This document shows positions 10,310-21,419 of a stretch of DNA of 64,000 bases, in pieces (positions within the stretch are counted from its first letter, which is position 1; each line of letters begins with the position of its first letter). The DNA is taken from assembly GCA_963842525.1 (NCBI GenBank), contig CAWJGT010000009.1, forward strand, positions 1,280,001-1,344,000, in the 5' to 3' direction. Both the position numbers and the translations under genes were made by a program. The notes beneath the pieces are model-generated. The model did not search any database and had not been told where the DNA came from. It saw only the letters and a list, made by a program, of their open reading frames with translations. The DNA is from an uncultured Holophagales bacterium. Lineage in GTDB: Bacteria; Acidobacteriota; Thermoanaerobaculia; Multivoradales; UBA5704.

Positions 10310-12231
10310 ATGGTCCTGTCGCCCTGGCTTCCGCCGTCCGGTTCCCTCGCCTTCTGGGGGGCCCACCTGCTGGCGCTGCTGCTCCTGGCGGCCACCGTCT
10401 GGGTGGCCGGCCGGGCGGCGACGCGGCGTCTGGAGATCGGAAACGGATGGGAAGGCTTCGCGATTCCGGCGGCGCTCGGGTTGGTGGTTCTTGCTCATGT
10501 CCTACTGCTGCTCGGATTCGTGGGGCTTCTCTCGCGGGGGGCGGTGATTCTGGTGGTGGCGGGGGTGTATCTGATTGGGCTGTATGCGCGAGCCCGGAAC
10601 CCTCACCCCCGGCCCCTCTCCCAGCCTCACTCCCGACCACCGGGAGAGGGGAGCCCCCACCCAAAAACTCACTGGCAGCGCCTTTTGCCCCCTCTCCCGG
10701 GCGGTAGGGAGTGCGGATGGGAGAGGGGGGCCAGGGGGGTGAGGGTCTCCGCTGGGCCTGCTGCTCGTGGCCATCCCTCTCTTCGTCCTCGCCCTCTATC
10801 CGCCGATCGAGTTCGACGAGACCCTCTACCACCTCCCGTATGCCCGGGCCTTCGCCAGCACGGGCGGCGTGCCCTTCCTGCCGGAGCTGCGTTTCCCGGT
10901 CTTCCCGCAGCTCGTCGAGGTCCTCTTCACTGCCATGCTGCTCGTGACGGGCGACGTCGCTCCCCATCTGATCAATCGCTGCTGGCGGTGCTGGCGACCG
11001 CGGCGCTCCTCGTTGGCTGGGGACGGCGGCTGGGCTCGCCGGCGGTGGGCTGGCTGGCTGGCGGCCTCTGGCTGGGCAACCCCATCGTGGCCCACCTCGC
11101 GGGGACCGGCTATGTCGATCCAGTCCTTGCGCTGCTCGCCATCTCGGCGGTGTGGGCGGTGGACCGGTGGAAGGGAGCCGGCGAAAGGGCCTGGCTCGTC
11201 CTCGCGGGAGTCTTCGCCGGCGCTGCTGCCGGCACCAAATACCTCGGCCTCTTCTTTGTCGGGGCGGTTTTCCTCGCCATTGCCTTCGCCGCTCCGCGGG
11301 AGCGCCGGATACGCGATCTCCTCCTCTACAGCCTGGTCGCGCTGGCGGTCGTCGCACCCTGGTATGGCCGCATCTTCTTTCATACGGGCAATCCGCTCTT
11401 CCCCTTCTTCTCCGGACTCCTTCCCGTGACGCCGACCCCCTGGGACCCCGAGGGCTGGCCGGTGTCCTCCCAGCCGCTCGGGGTGCGCCTGAGGGACGTT
11501 GGCGACCCTGCCCTGGGATGTGGTGTTCGAGCGTGGGAAGACAGGGTCCCAGCCGCCACACTCCCCGGCCTATCTGCTCGGCGTGCCGCTGCTGATCTTG
11601 GCCCTGTTCCGCGATGCGCGGGTGCGCTGGATGCTGGTGTTCTTCCTCGGGTACATGCTGCATCTTCCTGGTCCTGCACCCGGATGCGCGCTATCTCGCC
11701 GTCGCGCTGCCCCTGGCGAGCCTGGCCCTGGGCCTTTCCCTGGCACGGCGGGTCCCGCCCCGTCCGGCCGCCGTGCTGGCCGTGCTCCTCTTCCTGCCTG
11801 GGTGGGCCTATGCCGTCTATCGGATCGCGATCCAGGGTCCGCCGCCGGCCACGGCCGAAGCGCGGGACCGGTACCTGGCCGCGCGCCTGCCGGTCTATCC
11901 CGCCGTCCGCTTCCTGAACCACACGCGGGGGAGCGGCTACACCGTCTACGCCCTGCACGCCGAGAACATGGTCTACCACGCCGAGGGAGTGCTCCTCGGC
12001 GACTTGAACGGCCCGGCGAGCTTTGCGCGTATCGTTCCGCTGCTCCAGGACCCTGCGGCCCTCCACCACGAGCTGCGGCGCCTCGGGGCCGGCTATCTCC
12101 TGGTGGTCGACGGCACCGGCGTCCACCTGCCGGTTGACGATCCCGTCTTCCGCAAGCTCTTCCGCAGGGTCTACTCGGACGGGGCGAGCGAGGTCTTCGA
12201 GCTGCTGAGCCCGGGCATGTTCCGCAGATAG
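10310..12231 (+). CDS. Multi-pass GT-C/ArnT-like membrane glycosyltransferase (several frameshifts)
   Basis: Many TM helices; FDETLYHLPYA, GYVD, AAGTKYLG, PWY...TGNPLFP, ARYL motifs spread over ORFs 10310, 10767, 11499 and 11614. Confidence 0.7.
10600..10746. repeat. Inverted pair of family A elements inside the GT-C gene
   Basis: Forward copy 10600-10653, reverse copy 10688-10746. Confidence 0.85.
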
Positions 12232-12794
12232 AACACTGCCCAGAGAAGGAAGGGGAGGGCCAGCTTGAACGGCAGGTTGAGGAGGTGCCTGCCGAGGCCA
12301 TAGAAGTTGCGGGCGAAGGCGCCGTAGTTGGCCACGCTCCAGGGGCCGAGCGCGGTCGCATAGAACGCCTTGACGATGAAGAAGACGACCAGGAGGTCGA
12401 AGAAGATCGTGATCAGAAGGGCCTGTCCCAGATTGGCCAGACGGTCGCGCCAGGAGATCCCGGGCACGGCCAGGAACAGCGCGCCGAGCAGCACCAGGTG
12501 GAAGTGGACATCGGTCATCCGGAACTGGTGGACGAGGCGCCGGGCCGGCGGGAAGTCACGGCGCGACACATAGGCCATGTGCTCGTTTTCCGGATGGGCG
12601 AGGACGTCGGTCCTGTCCGGCCTCTCCGTGAGGCGCACGAGGTTCCCCGACGCGGCCATGAGGAAGCGGTTGTAGCCCGGAGTCAACAGCGTCCAGAGTG
12701 CCCAGACCGGGATGAGCCAGAGCACGACGTTGCGGATGAACCGGACGGCCCAGCTCCGGGGATCCGAAGAAGGCGCCGGACGGGGCGACGTCAT
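12171..12794 (-). CDS. Exosortase H-associated membrane protein (putative)
   Basis: ATG overlaps the xrtH stop codon; 4-5 TM helices; MTSPRPAPSS...KLALPFLLWAVFY. Confidence 0.65.
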   Translation of the reverse strand: MTSPRPAPSSDPRSWAVRFIRNVVLWLIPVWALWTLLTPGYNRFLMAASGNLVRLTERPDRTDVLAHPENEHMAYVSRRDFPPARRLVHQFRMTDVHFHLVLLGALFLAVPGISWRDRLANLGQALLITIFFDLLVVFFIVKAFYATALGPWSVANYGAFARNFYGLGRHLLNLPFKLALPFLLWAVFYLRNMPGLSSSKTSLAPSE

Positions 12795-13354
12795 GAGGCC
12801 GCCGGCCGGGCCGGCGCGGCGAAGCGGTTCGCCCAGAAGACCCAAAGCAGCACGCCGGTCAGGATCACCAGGGTCTGCCAGATCACCGTGTGCGAGGTGT
12901 CGAAGAAGCGGGGCAGATAGGCGCCGGTCAGGAAGAGCGCCACCACGCGGATCAGGTTCACAATCTGGATGATCACGATACCGAGCCCCAGGCCGATCAG
13001 GCGCGACTTCCAGGAGGCGGGGAAGGCGAGCACCGCGGCCAGGAAGATCAGCATGGCCTCGACCCCGTTGCAGCCGTTGCGGATGTTGACCGCGAAACGG
13101 GGGCTGCGGATCACCGTGCCGTTCATGGTGACGTCCTGGCCGATCAGGTCGAGCGTCGCGCCGCTCACCCGCGCAATGCCGGCGGTGAGAGGCTCGATCA
13201 CGTTGTCGTTGACCCAGTTGAGGGAGATCAGGCTGAAGCTCAGGCCGAGCAGCAGGGCGAACACCACCAGGAAGGTGAGCTCGCGCCGGTTGCGCTGCCA
13301 GAAGGGGCCGGTCGGCCGGTCGGGGGCGGGTACAGTTTCTCTCTTGCGGGACAT
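12791..13354 (-). CDS. xrtH: Exosortase H (IPTLxxWG-CTERM type)
   Basis: FAVNIRNGCNGVEA (catalytic Cys), NLIRVVALF (Arg), HTVIWQ (His) in a short multi-TM protein. Confidence 0.88.
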   Translation of the reverse strand: MSRKRETVPAPDRPTGPFWQRNRRELTFLVVFALLLGLSFSLISLNWVNDNVIEPLTAGIARVSGATLDLIGQDVTMNGTVIRSPRFAVNIRNGCNGVEAMLIFLAAVLAFPASWKSRLIGLGLGIVIIQIVNLIRVVALFLTGAYLPRFFDTSHTVIWQTLVILTGVLLWVFWANRFAAPARPAAS

Positions 13355-13431
13355 CTGGGACCTCGAAGCTCTGAAAAAGCAGCCGGGATCTTACCACGGG
13401 CGCTACAATCTTCGTGTTCCCGGAACACTCC

Positions 13432-16394
13432 ATGAGCGGCCCGACGGTCTTCATCAGCTACAGCCATTACGACGAGGCCTGGAAGAACCAGCTCGTCAGC
13501 CAGTTACGTGTCCTGGAGATCGAGGGCGTCCTCTCCGTCTGGGATGACCGGAAGATCGCTGCCGGCGACGGCTGGCGCACCGAAATTGAGACGGCTATGG
13601 AGCACGCCCGTGCCGCCGTGCTGCTGATCTCGGCCGACTTCCTGATCTCGGAATTCATTCGTGGCACCGAGGTTCCCCGCCTCCTCCAGCGTCGCGCGCA
13701 GGATGGGCTGCGGATCATCCCGCTGATCGTCCGCCCCTGCCCATGGCGCCGGGTCCCGTGGCTGGCGGAGATCCAAGGCCGGCCCAGCGACGGCCGGCCT
13801 CTTGCCAGGGCAGCCCGGCCAGGTCGAGGAGGACCTCTCCGCGCTCGCCGGAGAGGGATTGCTGGGATGTGCTCGAGGCCGGGAGGGTGGGGGACCCTGG
13901 GACCGCGGGCGTCCCGCCCGCCCAGATTCCCATCGACCGTGGCGCTGCCGCCAGCTCAACGTCGGCCCGAGTCCGTGGAGGGCGGGCGGGACGCCCGCGG
14001 TCCCAGGGAGAAGCCACTCCCACTCTCGACATCGGCCGCCTGCCCATCCCCGGCCCGCAGTTCGTCGGCCGGGACGCGGAGATCGCGTGGCTGGATGCGG
14101 CCTGGGAGGACCCGGCCATTCACGTCCTCACCCTGGTGGCCTTCGGCGGCGTCGGCAAGTCGGCGCTTGTCGCCCGCTGGTTGGACCGCATGGCAGCTGA
14201 CGGTTGGCGCGGCGCCGTGCGGGTGCTCGACTGGTCGTTTTACAGCCAAGGGAGTAAAGACCAAAATACTTCCGCCGAGCCGTTCATCGACTACGCCCTC
14301 CGCTTCTTCGGCGATCCCGACCCCAAGGCCGGCTCCCTATACGACCGCGGCGCCCGCCTCGCCTCTCTGATCAGGCTGCAGCGCGGCCCTGCTCATCCTC
14401 GACGGCATCGAGCCGCTGCAGTACCCGCCGGGCCGGCCGGAGATCGAGGGCCGCCTCAAGGACCCCGGCCTCGTCGCCTTGCTCAAGGGCTTGGCCGCAG
14501 GTAACCCGGGCGTCTGTGTGGTCACCACTCGGGAACGGATCGCCGATCTCGCCGGTTATCCGAGCACGGCACCGCAGATCCCTCTGGAGGAACTGGAGCT
14601 GGACGCGGCGGTGGCCTTGCTCCGCCAGCTTGGCGTGGACGGCCGGGAGAGCGCGCTACGCGCTGCGGCCAAGGACGTCCAGCGGCACGCCCTCACCCTG
14701 ACCCTCCTCGGCAACTTCCTGCGCAGAGCCCACGGCGGCGATGTCCGTAAGCGGCGAGAGATCGACCTTCACCACGCCGACGAAAAGCAGGGCGGCCATG
14801 CCTTCCGCGTGATCGCCGCCTACGCCCGCTGGCTGGGAGAGGGACCGGAGCTGGCGATCCTGCGCCTCCTCGGCCTCTTCGACCGACCGGCGGAGGCCGG
14901 CCCCCTGAAGGCCCTGCGCGCCGCGCCGCCGATCCCGGGCCTCACGGAGCCCCTGGTGGACCTCTCGGGCGAAGATTGGCGGCTCGCCGTCACCACCCTG
15001 CGAGAGCACAGCCTGCTGACGGCGGCCGATCCGCGAGAGCCGGAGACTCTCGATGCCCATCCCCTGGTGCGCGCCTGCTTCGCGGAAGAGCTGGAGAGCC
15101 ACCGCCCCGAAGCTTGGCAGGAAGGTAACCGGCGTCTCTACGAGCACCTGCGCCAAGCAGCGCCGGACTTCCCCGACACCTTGGAAGCGATGCAACCCCT
15201 CTACGCCGCCGTCGTCCACGGCTGCCGGGCGGGACGGCAGGAGGAGGCAATGGACGAGGTTTTCTGGCGGCGGATCCGGCGGGGTGAACAGGCGTTCAGC
15301 TGGAGAAAGCTTGGGGCCTTTGGCTCGGAGCTGACGGCGCTGGCGGGCTTCTTCGATCGTCCTTGGTCCCAGCCCTCCGCTCGCCTCACCTCAGGATGGA
15401 CAGGCGTTCGTCCTGCACGAGGCCGCCTTCTACCTGCGAGCCCTGGGGCGCTTGGCGGAGGCGATTGAACCGATGCAGGCGGGGCTGGAGGCACGCATCG
15501 CCCAAGAGAACTGGAAGAACGCGGCGATCAGCGCAAGCAACCTCGGCGAGCTGACCCTGACCCTGGGAGACGTGTCGCGCGCCGTGGCATTCGGCGGACA
15601 GAGCGTCGAGCTGGCCGACCGCAGCGGCGATGCCTTCTTTCGGATGGTAGTGCGTGCGAGATGGGCCAACTCCCTGCACCAGGCGGGCCGGTGGGAGGAG
15701 AGCGGGGCAGCCTTCCGCGAGGCTGAAGCGATGCAGGCGGAGCGGCAGACGAAATACCCCCGGCTTTACTCGCTCCAGGGCTTTCAGTACTGCGATCTGC
15801 TGCTGAGCCGGGCGGAGCCTGGGGCCGGTTCCGGGCTGGACGGGCTCGCCGGGCTGGGCTCGTCGGAAGAGGCGGAGCGGTTCAAGCAGGCCTGCCTGGA
15901 GGTGCTGGAGCGGGGGAAGCAGACGCTGGATTGGGTCACAAGCGATTTACTAGTGTTACAGGTCCTCTCGATTTCGCCTTCGAACACCTCACCCTGGGCC
16001 GCGCCCACCTCGGCTTAGCCCTGGCCGGAGGCCCGATACCTCCGGGCTCACCCAAGTCCCTCGGTCACTGGATCAGGCCGTGGACGGCCTGCGGCAGGCC
16101 GGTCAGGAACTCTATTTGCCCCTTGGCCTCTTGGCCCGCGCCGCTCTCCGTCGCTTCCATTCCGACTTTGCCGGCGCCGCCGCAGACCTCACCGAGACTC
16201 TGGAGATCGCTGAGCGAGGCCCGATGCGGCTTCACGAGTGTGACGCGCACCTGGAGTGGGCACGCTTGTGCCGGGATCAGGGGGATCTCGCCGCGGCGCG
16301 GCGGCATTTGGCGCAGGCGCGGGAGCTGGTGAACGAGACCGGGTATGGGCGGCGGGAGCGGGAGGTGAGGTGGTTGGAGAGGGAGGTGGGGTAG
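13432..16394 (+). CDS. TIR-domain / P-loop NTPase (STAND-like) / TPR protein, with about 5 frameshifts
   Basis: TIR: VFISYSHYD, WDDRKIAAG, SADFLISEFIRGTE. Walker A AFGGVGKS, Walker B LLILDGIEP. C-terminal helical TPR-like repeats ending TGYGRREREV. Confidence 0.82.
13895..14008. repeat. Inverted REP pair (RAYT-flanking family) in the TIR-NTPase linker
   Basis: ccctgggaccgcgggcgtcccgcccgc (13895-13921) and gcgggcgggacgcccgcggtcccaggg (13982-14008), near-identical to the REPs at 30066-30931. Confidence 0.9.
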
Positions 16395-16405
16395 GGGGCG
16401 GGAGT

Positions 16406-17164
16406 CCTCACCCCCTGGCCCCCTCTCCCATCTCCCTTCCACCGCCGCCGGGAGAGGGGGGACGCATCCGGAGACGTGCGGGGAGCTTCCCCTCGTTGGA
16501 GGAGTCAACCTCCATGCGACGGGTAGTGACCCCCTGGTGAGGGGGGCCAGGCCCCTCGCGACAGGCACAGCCCCCCTGAGTAGGGGAGCCAGCCCCCTGG
16601 CCGGGGGGAATGCCCCTGGCGCCCCAGGGGTGGTCCCCCCGGCCGGGGGACATCACCCTCTGTCCGGGGGAGTCAGCCCCCTGGCGAGGGGAGTTGCCCC
16701 TGTCGCAACGGGCCTTGGCCCCCTGAGGAGGGAGAGTGCTCCCCTGCCCAGGGGGAAAGCTCCGATCCTCGGGGGACTTTCCCCGCTCCTCAGGGGATCC
16801 GCCGCTGTCCACTGATTCCGCAGCACCCAACGGCAGGGCGGGGTAGAGACGCCCCAGTCCGTGACCACGAACCTGCCGGGTGTACACAGACGGGGCGTCT
16901 CAAGGCCTCGCCGGCGAAACGGGTTCGTGCTCGCGCAGGGAATACCGCCTGGGACGCTGTACGCAGGGACGGCCATCCCGTCACCATTCGCATACGGGAG
17001 GCCCAGCGTCCACGGCGTGCTGCCGGCGTTGGTGGTTGTTGGGGCCTTGAGACGCCCCGACTGTGTGCACCCGGTCGGTTCGTGGTCACGGACTGGGGAG
17101 TCTCTACTCAGGATGAAACCGCAACGTTCCCCCCTCTCCCGGGCGGCAGGGGAATGCGGATGGG
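16406..17164. repeat. Composite repeat region: family A ends enclosing a 21-bp degenerate array and a GTAG-type inverted pair
   Basis: Family A forward at 16406-16461 and partial reverse at 17130-17164; about 13 units of ~21 bp (cccc-N-gggg-N) at ~16529-16800; inverted ~65-bp arms at 16843-16907 and 17043-17107 starting gtagagacgcccc. Confidence 0.85.
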
Positions 17165-17171
17165 TTCTTCA

Positions 17172-17201
17172 TTGACAACCCCCGGCCCACAGCCATACGA
17201 T
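17172..17201 (+). promoter_or_regulatory. Putative sigma70 promoter of pyrRBC
   Basis: TTGACA-18 nt-TACGAT, 33 nt upstream of the pyrR ATG. Confidence 0.55.
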
Positions 17202-17234
17202 GCCGCGGGCTCGTTCGGAGCCCCACCCCAATAC

Positions 17235-17795
17235 ATGGCCAAGAATCTGACGCCGAAGAACACGATCCTCGACGCCAAACAGATGGCGCGGATCATCCGG
17301 CGGATGGCTGGCGAGATCGTCGAGCGCAACCAGGACCTCTCGCAGCTCCTCCTCGCCGGGATCCGCACCCGTGGCGTTCCCCTTGCCGAGAAGATCGCTG
17401 CCGAGATCGAGCGCATGGAGGGGGTCAAGGTGCCGGTGGGCATCCTCGACATCACCCTCTATCGCGACGACCTGTCGACCATCGCCGCCCAGCCGCAGGT
17501 CAAGGGTACCCACCTTCCGCGGTCGATCGACGACTGCGTGGTGGTGCTCTGCGACGACGTCCTCTACACCGGACGCACCGTGCGCGCCGCCCTCGACGAG
17601 CTCGTCGACTTCGGCCGTCCGCGGGCCGTGCGGCTCGCCGTGCTGATCGACCGCGGCCATCGCGAGCTGCCGATCCAGGCGGACGTGGTCGGCAAGAAGG
17701 TCCCCACCTCGCAGGACGAGGTCATCGAGGTCTCCTTCGAGGACACAGACGGCACCGAGCAGGTCCGCATCCTGGAGCGTAAACCGCCCCGATGA
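17235..17795 (+). CDS. pyrR: Bifunctional pyrimidine regulator / uracil phosphoribosyltransferase
   Basis: [38 protein letters not shown] motifs. Confidence 0.96.
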   Translation: MAKNLTPKNTILDAKQMARIIRRMAGEIVERNQDLSQLLLAGIRTRGVPLAEKIAAEIERMEGVKVPVGILDITLYRDDLSTIAAQPQVKGTHLPRSIDDCVVVLCDDVLYTGRTVRAALDELVDFGRPRAVRLAVLIDRGHRELPIQADVVGKKVPTSQDEVIEVSFEDTDGTEQVRILERKPPR

Positions 17796-18737
17796 CCACC
17801 GAGCCTCTCCGCTGGACCCGGAAGGACCTGTTGGGGATCTCCGATCTGTCCCCGGCGGAAATCGAGCTGATCCTGGACACCGCCGAGTCGTTCCGCGAGG
17901 TCGGCGAGCGCCCCATCAAAAAAGTCCCGACGCTGCGCGGCAAGACGGTTCTCAACCTCTTCTTCGAGGCCTCGACGCGCACCCGGTCGAGCTTCGAGAT
18001 CGCCGAGAAGCGCCTGTCGGCCGACAACCTCAATTTCTCGACCTCGGGCTCGGCCCTGGAGAAGGGCGAGAGCCTGATCGACACCGCCATGAACCTGCAG
18101 GCCATGGCCCCCGACCTGGTGGTCATCCGACACGGCGCTCCCGGCGTGCCGCACATGCTGGCGCGCCGCCTGGAGGCAGGGGTCATCAACGCCGGCGACG
18201 GCGCCCACGAGCATCCGACCCAGGCGCTGCTCGATGCCTTCACGATCCGCCGGCACAAGGGGCGGCTCGCCGGCCTCAAGGTGGCGATCGTCGGCGACAT
18301 CGAGCACAGCCGGGTCGTGCGCTCGAACATCCACCTGCTGACCAAGATGGGCGCCCGCGTGGTGGTTGCCGGCCCGCGCACCCTGATGCCGGTCGCGGTG
18401 GAGACGATGGGGGTCGAGGTCGCCTACTCGCTGGAGGACTCGATCCGCGACGCGGACGTAGTCATGATGCTCCGCATCCAGCTCGAGCGGCAGGGCCGGA
18501 TGGCCTTCCCCTCGATCAAGGAGTACTTCCAGCTCTTCGGCCTCACCGCCGAACGCCTGAAGGCGGCCAAGGAGGACGTGATCATCATGCACCCGGGGCC
18601 GATGAACCGGGGCGTCGAGATCGCGAGCGACGGTGGCGGACGGCCCCTACTCGGTCATCCTGGAGCAGGTCGCCCACGGCGTGTCGGTGCGGATGGCCGT
18701 CCTCTACCTGCTCTCCGGCGTGCGCGAGGAGCCCTGA
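17792..18737 (+). CDS. pyrB: Aspartate carbamoyltransferase catalytic subunit (one frameshift near 18630)
   Basis: [35 protein letters not shown]; the true C-terminus ([13 protein letters not shown]...RMAVLY) is in the shifted frame and stops at 18737. Confidence 0.95.
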
Positions 18738-18738
18738 G

Positions 18739-20034
18739 ATGCCCAGCCTGCTGATCCACGGCGGCCGGCTCGTCGATCCGAGCCAGGACCTCGACGGGCG
18801 GTTCGACCTCCTGCTCGAAGACGGCGCCGTCGCCAGGATCGACGGCAGGATCGCGAAGCCCAAGGGGGCCGAGACGATCGATGCCACCGGTCTGGTCGTG
18901 ACCCCTGGGCTGATCGACATGCACGTCCACCTGCGCGAGCCCGGGCAGGAATACAAGGAGACGGTGCGCACCGGCACCATGGCGGCCGCCGCGGGCGGCT
19001 TCACCGCCGTGGCCTGCATGGCCAACACCATCCCGGCGAACGACAACCGGTCGATCACCGAGCACATCCTCCTGGAGGCCCGCCGCCACGGCTTTGCGCG
19101 GGTCCACCCGATCGGCGCCATCAGCAAGGGGCTCGACGGCCAGGAGCTGGCCGAGATCGGCGAGATGGTCGCCGCCGGCGCCGTGGCGGTCTCGGACGAC
19201 GGCAAGCCGGTGATGAACGCCGAGCTGATGCGGCGGGTGTTGCTCTACGCCCAGCACTACGGCATTCCGGTCATTCAGCACGCCGAAGACCTGAACCTCA
19301 CCGGCAAGGGCGTGATGCACGAGGGGGAGTGGTCGACGAAGCTGGGCCTCGCGGGCATCCCCGGATCGGCCGAGGACGTCATGGTGGCCCGCGATCTGAT
19401 CCTCGCCGAGGACGCCGGCGGCCGGTACCACGTCGCCCACCTCTCGACCGCGCGCAGCCTGGACCTGGTGCGCCGCGGAAAGTCTCAGGGCACCCCAGCG
19501 CTGCGGGTCACCTGCGAAGTGACGCCCCACCACGTGCTGCTGACCGACGAGGAGGTGGCGAAGACCGGTTTTTCGACCTGCTGCAAGATGAAGCCGCCGC
19601 TGCGCTCCCAGCGCGACGTCGAGGCCCTGATTCAGGGGCTCGCCGACGGCTCCGTGGACTGCATCGCCAGCGACCATGCCCCGCACCATGTGGACGAGAA
19701 GGACGTCGAGTTCGACCGCGCCCCGTTCGGCATCCTGGGCCTGGAGACGACACTGAGCCTCTGCCTCGACCGGCTGGTCCACCCAGGCATCCTGAGCCTC
19801 TCCCGCCTGGTCGAGCTCCTCGCGACCGGCCCGGCGCGCGTCCTCGGCCTCCCGAGCGGCACCCTGAAGGAGGGGAGCCCGGCCGATGTTTCCCTTTTTC
19901 ACCTGGACGAGGAGATCACGGTGATCGCTTCCGCCTTCCGCAGCAAGTCCCGCAACACCCCCTTCGACGGCTGGAAGCTCAAGGGCCGGCCGAGGGGGAC
20001 GGTGGTTGGGGGGCGGCGGGTGGAGCTGCCGTAG
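18739..20034 (+). CDS. pyrC: Dihydroorotase
   Basis: [32 protein letters not shown] motifs. Confidence 0.96.
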   Translation: MPSLLIHGGRLVDPSQDLDGRFDLLLEDGAVARIDGRIAKPKGAETIDATGLVVTPGLIDMHVHLREPGQEYKETVRTGTMAAAAGGFTAVACMANTIPANDNRSITEHILLEARRHGFARVHPIGAISKGLDGQELAEIGEMVAAGAVAVSDDGKPVMNAELMRRVLLYAQHYGIPVIQHAEDLNLTGKGVMHEGEWSTKLGLAGIPGSAEDVMVARDLILAEDAGGRYHVAHLSTARSLDLVRRGKSQGTPALRVTCEVTPHHVLLTDEEVAKTGFSTCCKMKPPLRSQRDVEALIQGLADGSVDCIASDHAPHHVDEKDVEFDRAPFGILGLETTLSLCLDRLVHPGILSLSRLVELLATGPARVLGLPSGTLKEGSPADVSLFHLDEEITVIASAFRSKSRNTPFDGWKLKGRPRGTVVGGRRVELP

Positions 20035-20175
20035 GCCCCTCCCCCGCAGGGCGAGGGGAGCGCGGTGTATGATTTTCTTCATGTCCGTTACGCCACCACG
20101 TCCCACTTTCGCCGCTTCGCCGCACCCTTGAGGGCAGAGATCCTCGGACCGCATTGGACCCCAAATAGATTGCAT

Positions 20176-20832
20176 ATGCAAAACATCCGCACCCTCGACG
20201 TCGACTCATCCCCGTTCCTGGGCCAGGGACTCTGCCGGGTGGTCGCCGACCTCGCCTCCCAGGGGTGGTGCCAGGGCACCGGAGGGAACTTCAGCGTCAC
20301 CCTCGGCCGCAAGCCGCTGCGGCTCCTGATCACCCGCTCCGGGGTGCACAAGCGCGAGCTGACGCCCGAGGAGCTGATGGTCGTCGGGCCCGGCGGGAGC
20401 GTCGTGGACGAGGAGGCCGGGACTCCTTCGGCCGAAGCTGCCCTGCACGCCGCCATCGTCGAGCGGACCGCCGCCGCCTCGGTGCTGCACGTCCATTCCG
20501 TGCCCAACACCCTGCTGAGCGAGCACTTCGCCGCGCGCGGCGGTCTCACCCTCGGAGGCTACGAGATGCTCAAGGGGCTGGACGGGATCACCAGCCATGA
20601 GGTGGAGGTCTTCGTCCCGGTGCTGCGCAACTCGCAGGACATGCCGGCCCTCGCGCAGGAGGTGTCCCATTTGCTCAGCCAGGAGCGGCGGATCTACGGC
20701 TTCCTCCTCGCCGGGCATGGCCTGTATACGTGGGGAAGCTCGCTCGACGACGCCCATCGGCACGTCGAGATCTTTGAATTTCTTTTTGAATGTGTCGCCC
20801 GGAGGATTGCTTTCGAACCATTCCTTGGATAA
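20176..20832 (+). CDS. mtnB: Methylthioribulose-1-phosphate dehydratase
   Basis: GTGGNFS, SGVHK, PSAE, VLHVHS, GHGLYTWG; clustered with mtnD and mtnC; start codon approximate. Confidence 0.9.
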   Translation: MQNIRTLDVDSSPFLGQGLCRVVADLASQGWCQGTGGNFSVTLGRKPLRLLITRSGVHKRELTPEELMVVGPGGSVVDEEAGTPSAEAALHAAIVERTAAASVLHVHSVPNTLLSEHFAARGGLTLGGYEMLKGLDGITSHEVEVFVPVLRNSQDMPALAQEVSHLLSQERRIYGFLLAGHGLYTWGSSLDDAHRHVEIFEFLFECVARRIAFEPFLG

Positions 20833-20850
20833 ATCCAGGAGGTAACCGTT

Positions 20851-21411
20851 ATGGCCACCGTCACGCTGCGGGATGAGAACCGGGCTCTCACCGAGCCGGC
20901 CGAGATCTCCGCCTTCCTCGCTCCCTTCGGGATCTGGTACCGCCGCTTCGAGGGCACGGACCAGCTCCCCGAGAGCCCCACGGACCAGGAGATCCTGGAC
21001 GCCTACAAAGAGCCCATCGACCGGCTCAAGGCCGAGGGCGGCTACGTCACCGCCGACGTCATCAACGTCCGGCCGGAGACCCCTGGGATCGAGGTGATGC
21101 TCGCCAAGTTCAACAAGGAGCACTGGCACGACGAGGACGAGGTCCGCTTCATCGTCCACGGCCGCGGCCTGTTTCACATCCATCCCCAGGAGGGGCCGGT
21201 CTTCAGCATCGAGGTCACCAAGGGCGACATGATCCGGGTGCCCCAGGGGACGCACCACTGGTTCGACCTCTGTTCCGACCGGACGATCCGGGCCGTGCGC
21301 CTGTTCCAGGACTCCTCCGGTTGGACGCCGCACTACACCGGCGTGGGCACGGAGACCGGCTACCAGCCCCTCTGCTTCGGACCGGTCTACATGCCGGCCC
21401 TGTTCCCCTGA
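20851..21411 (+). CDS. mtnD: Acireductone dioxygenase
   Basis: EHWHDEDEVRF and HWF cupin motifs. Confidence 0.93.
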   Translation: MATVTLRDENRALTEPAEISAFLAPFGIWYRRFEGTDQLPESPTDQEILDAYKEPIDRLKAEGGYVTADVINVRPETPGIEVMLAKFNKEHWHDEDEVRFIVHGRGLFHIHPQEGPVFSIEVTKGDMIRVPQGTHHWFDLCSDRTIRAVRLFQDSSGWTPHYTGVGTETGYQPLCFGPVYMPALFP

Positions 21412-21419
21412 GAGGAACG

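Noticed and set aside
17202-17234. PyrR attenuator leader
   Set aside because: The leader is too short, and no PyrR-binding loop or U-rich terminator is visible.
20035-20175. SAM riboswitch upstream of mtnB
   Set aside because: No recognisable SAM-I/II core motifs; only a GC hairpin after pyrC.
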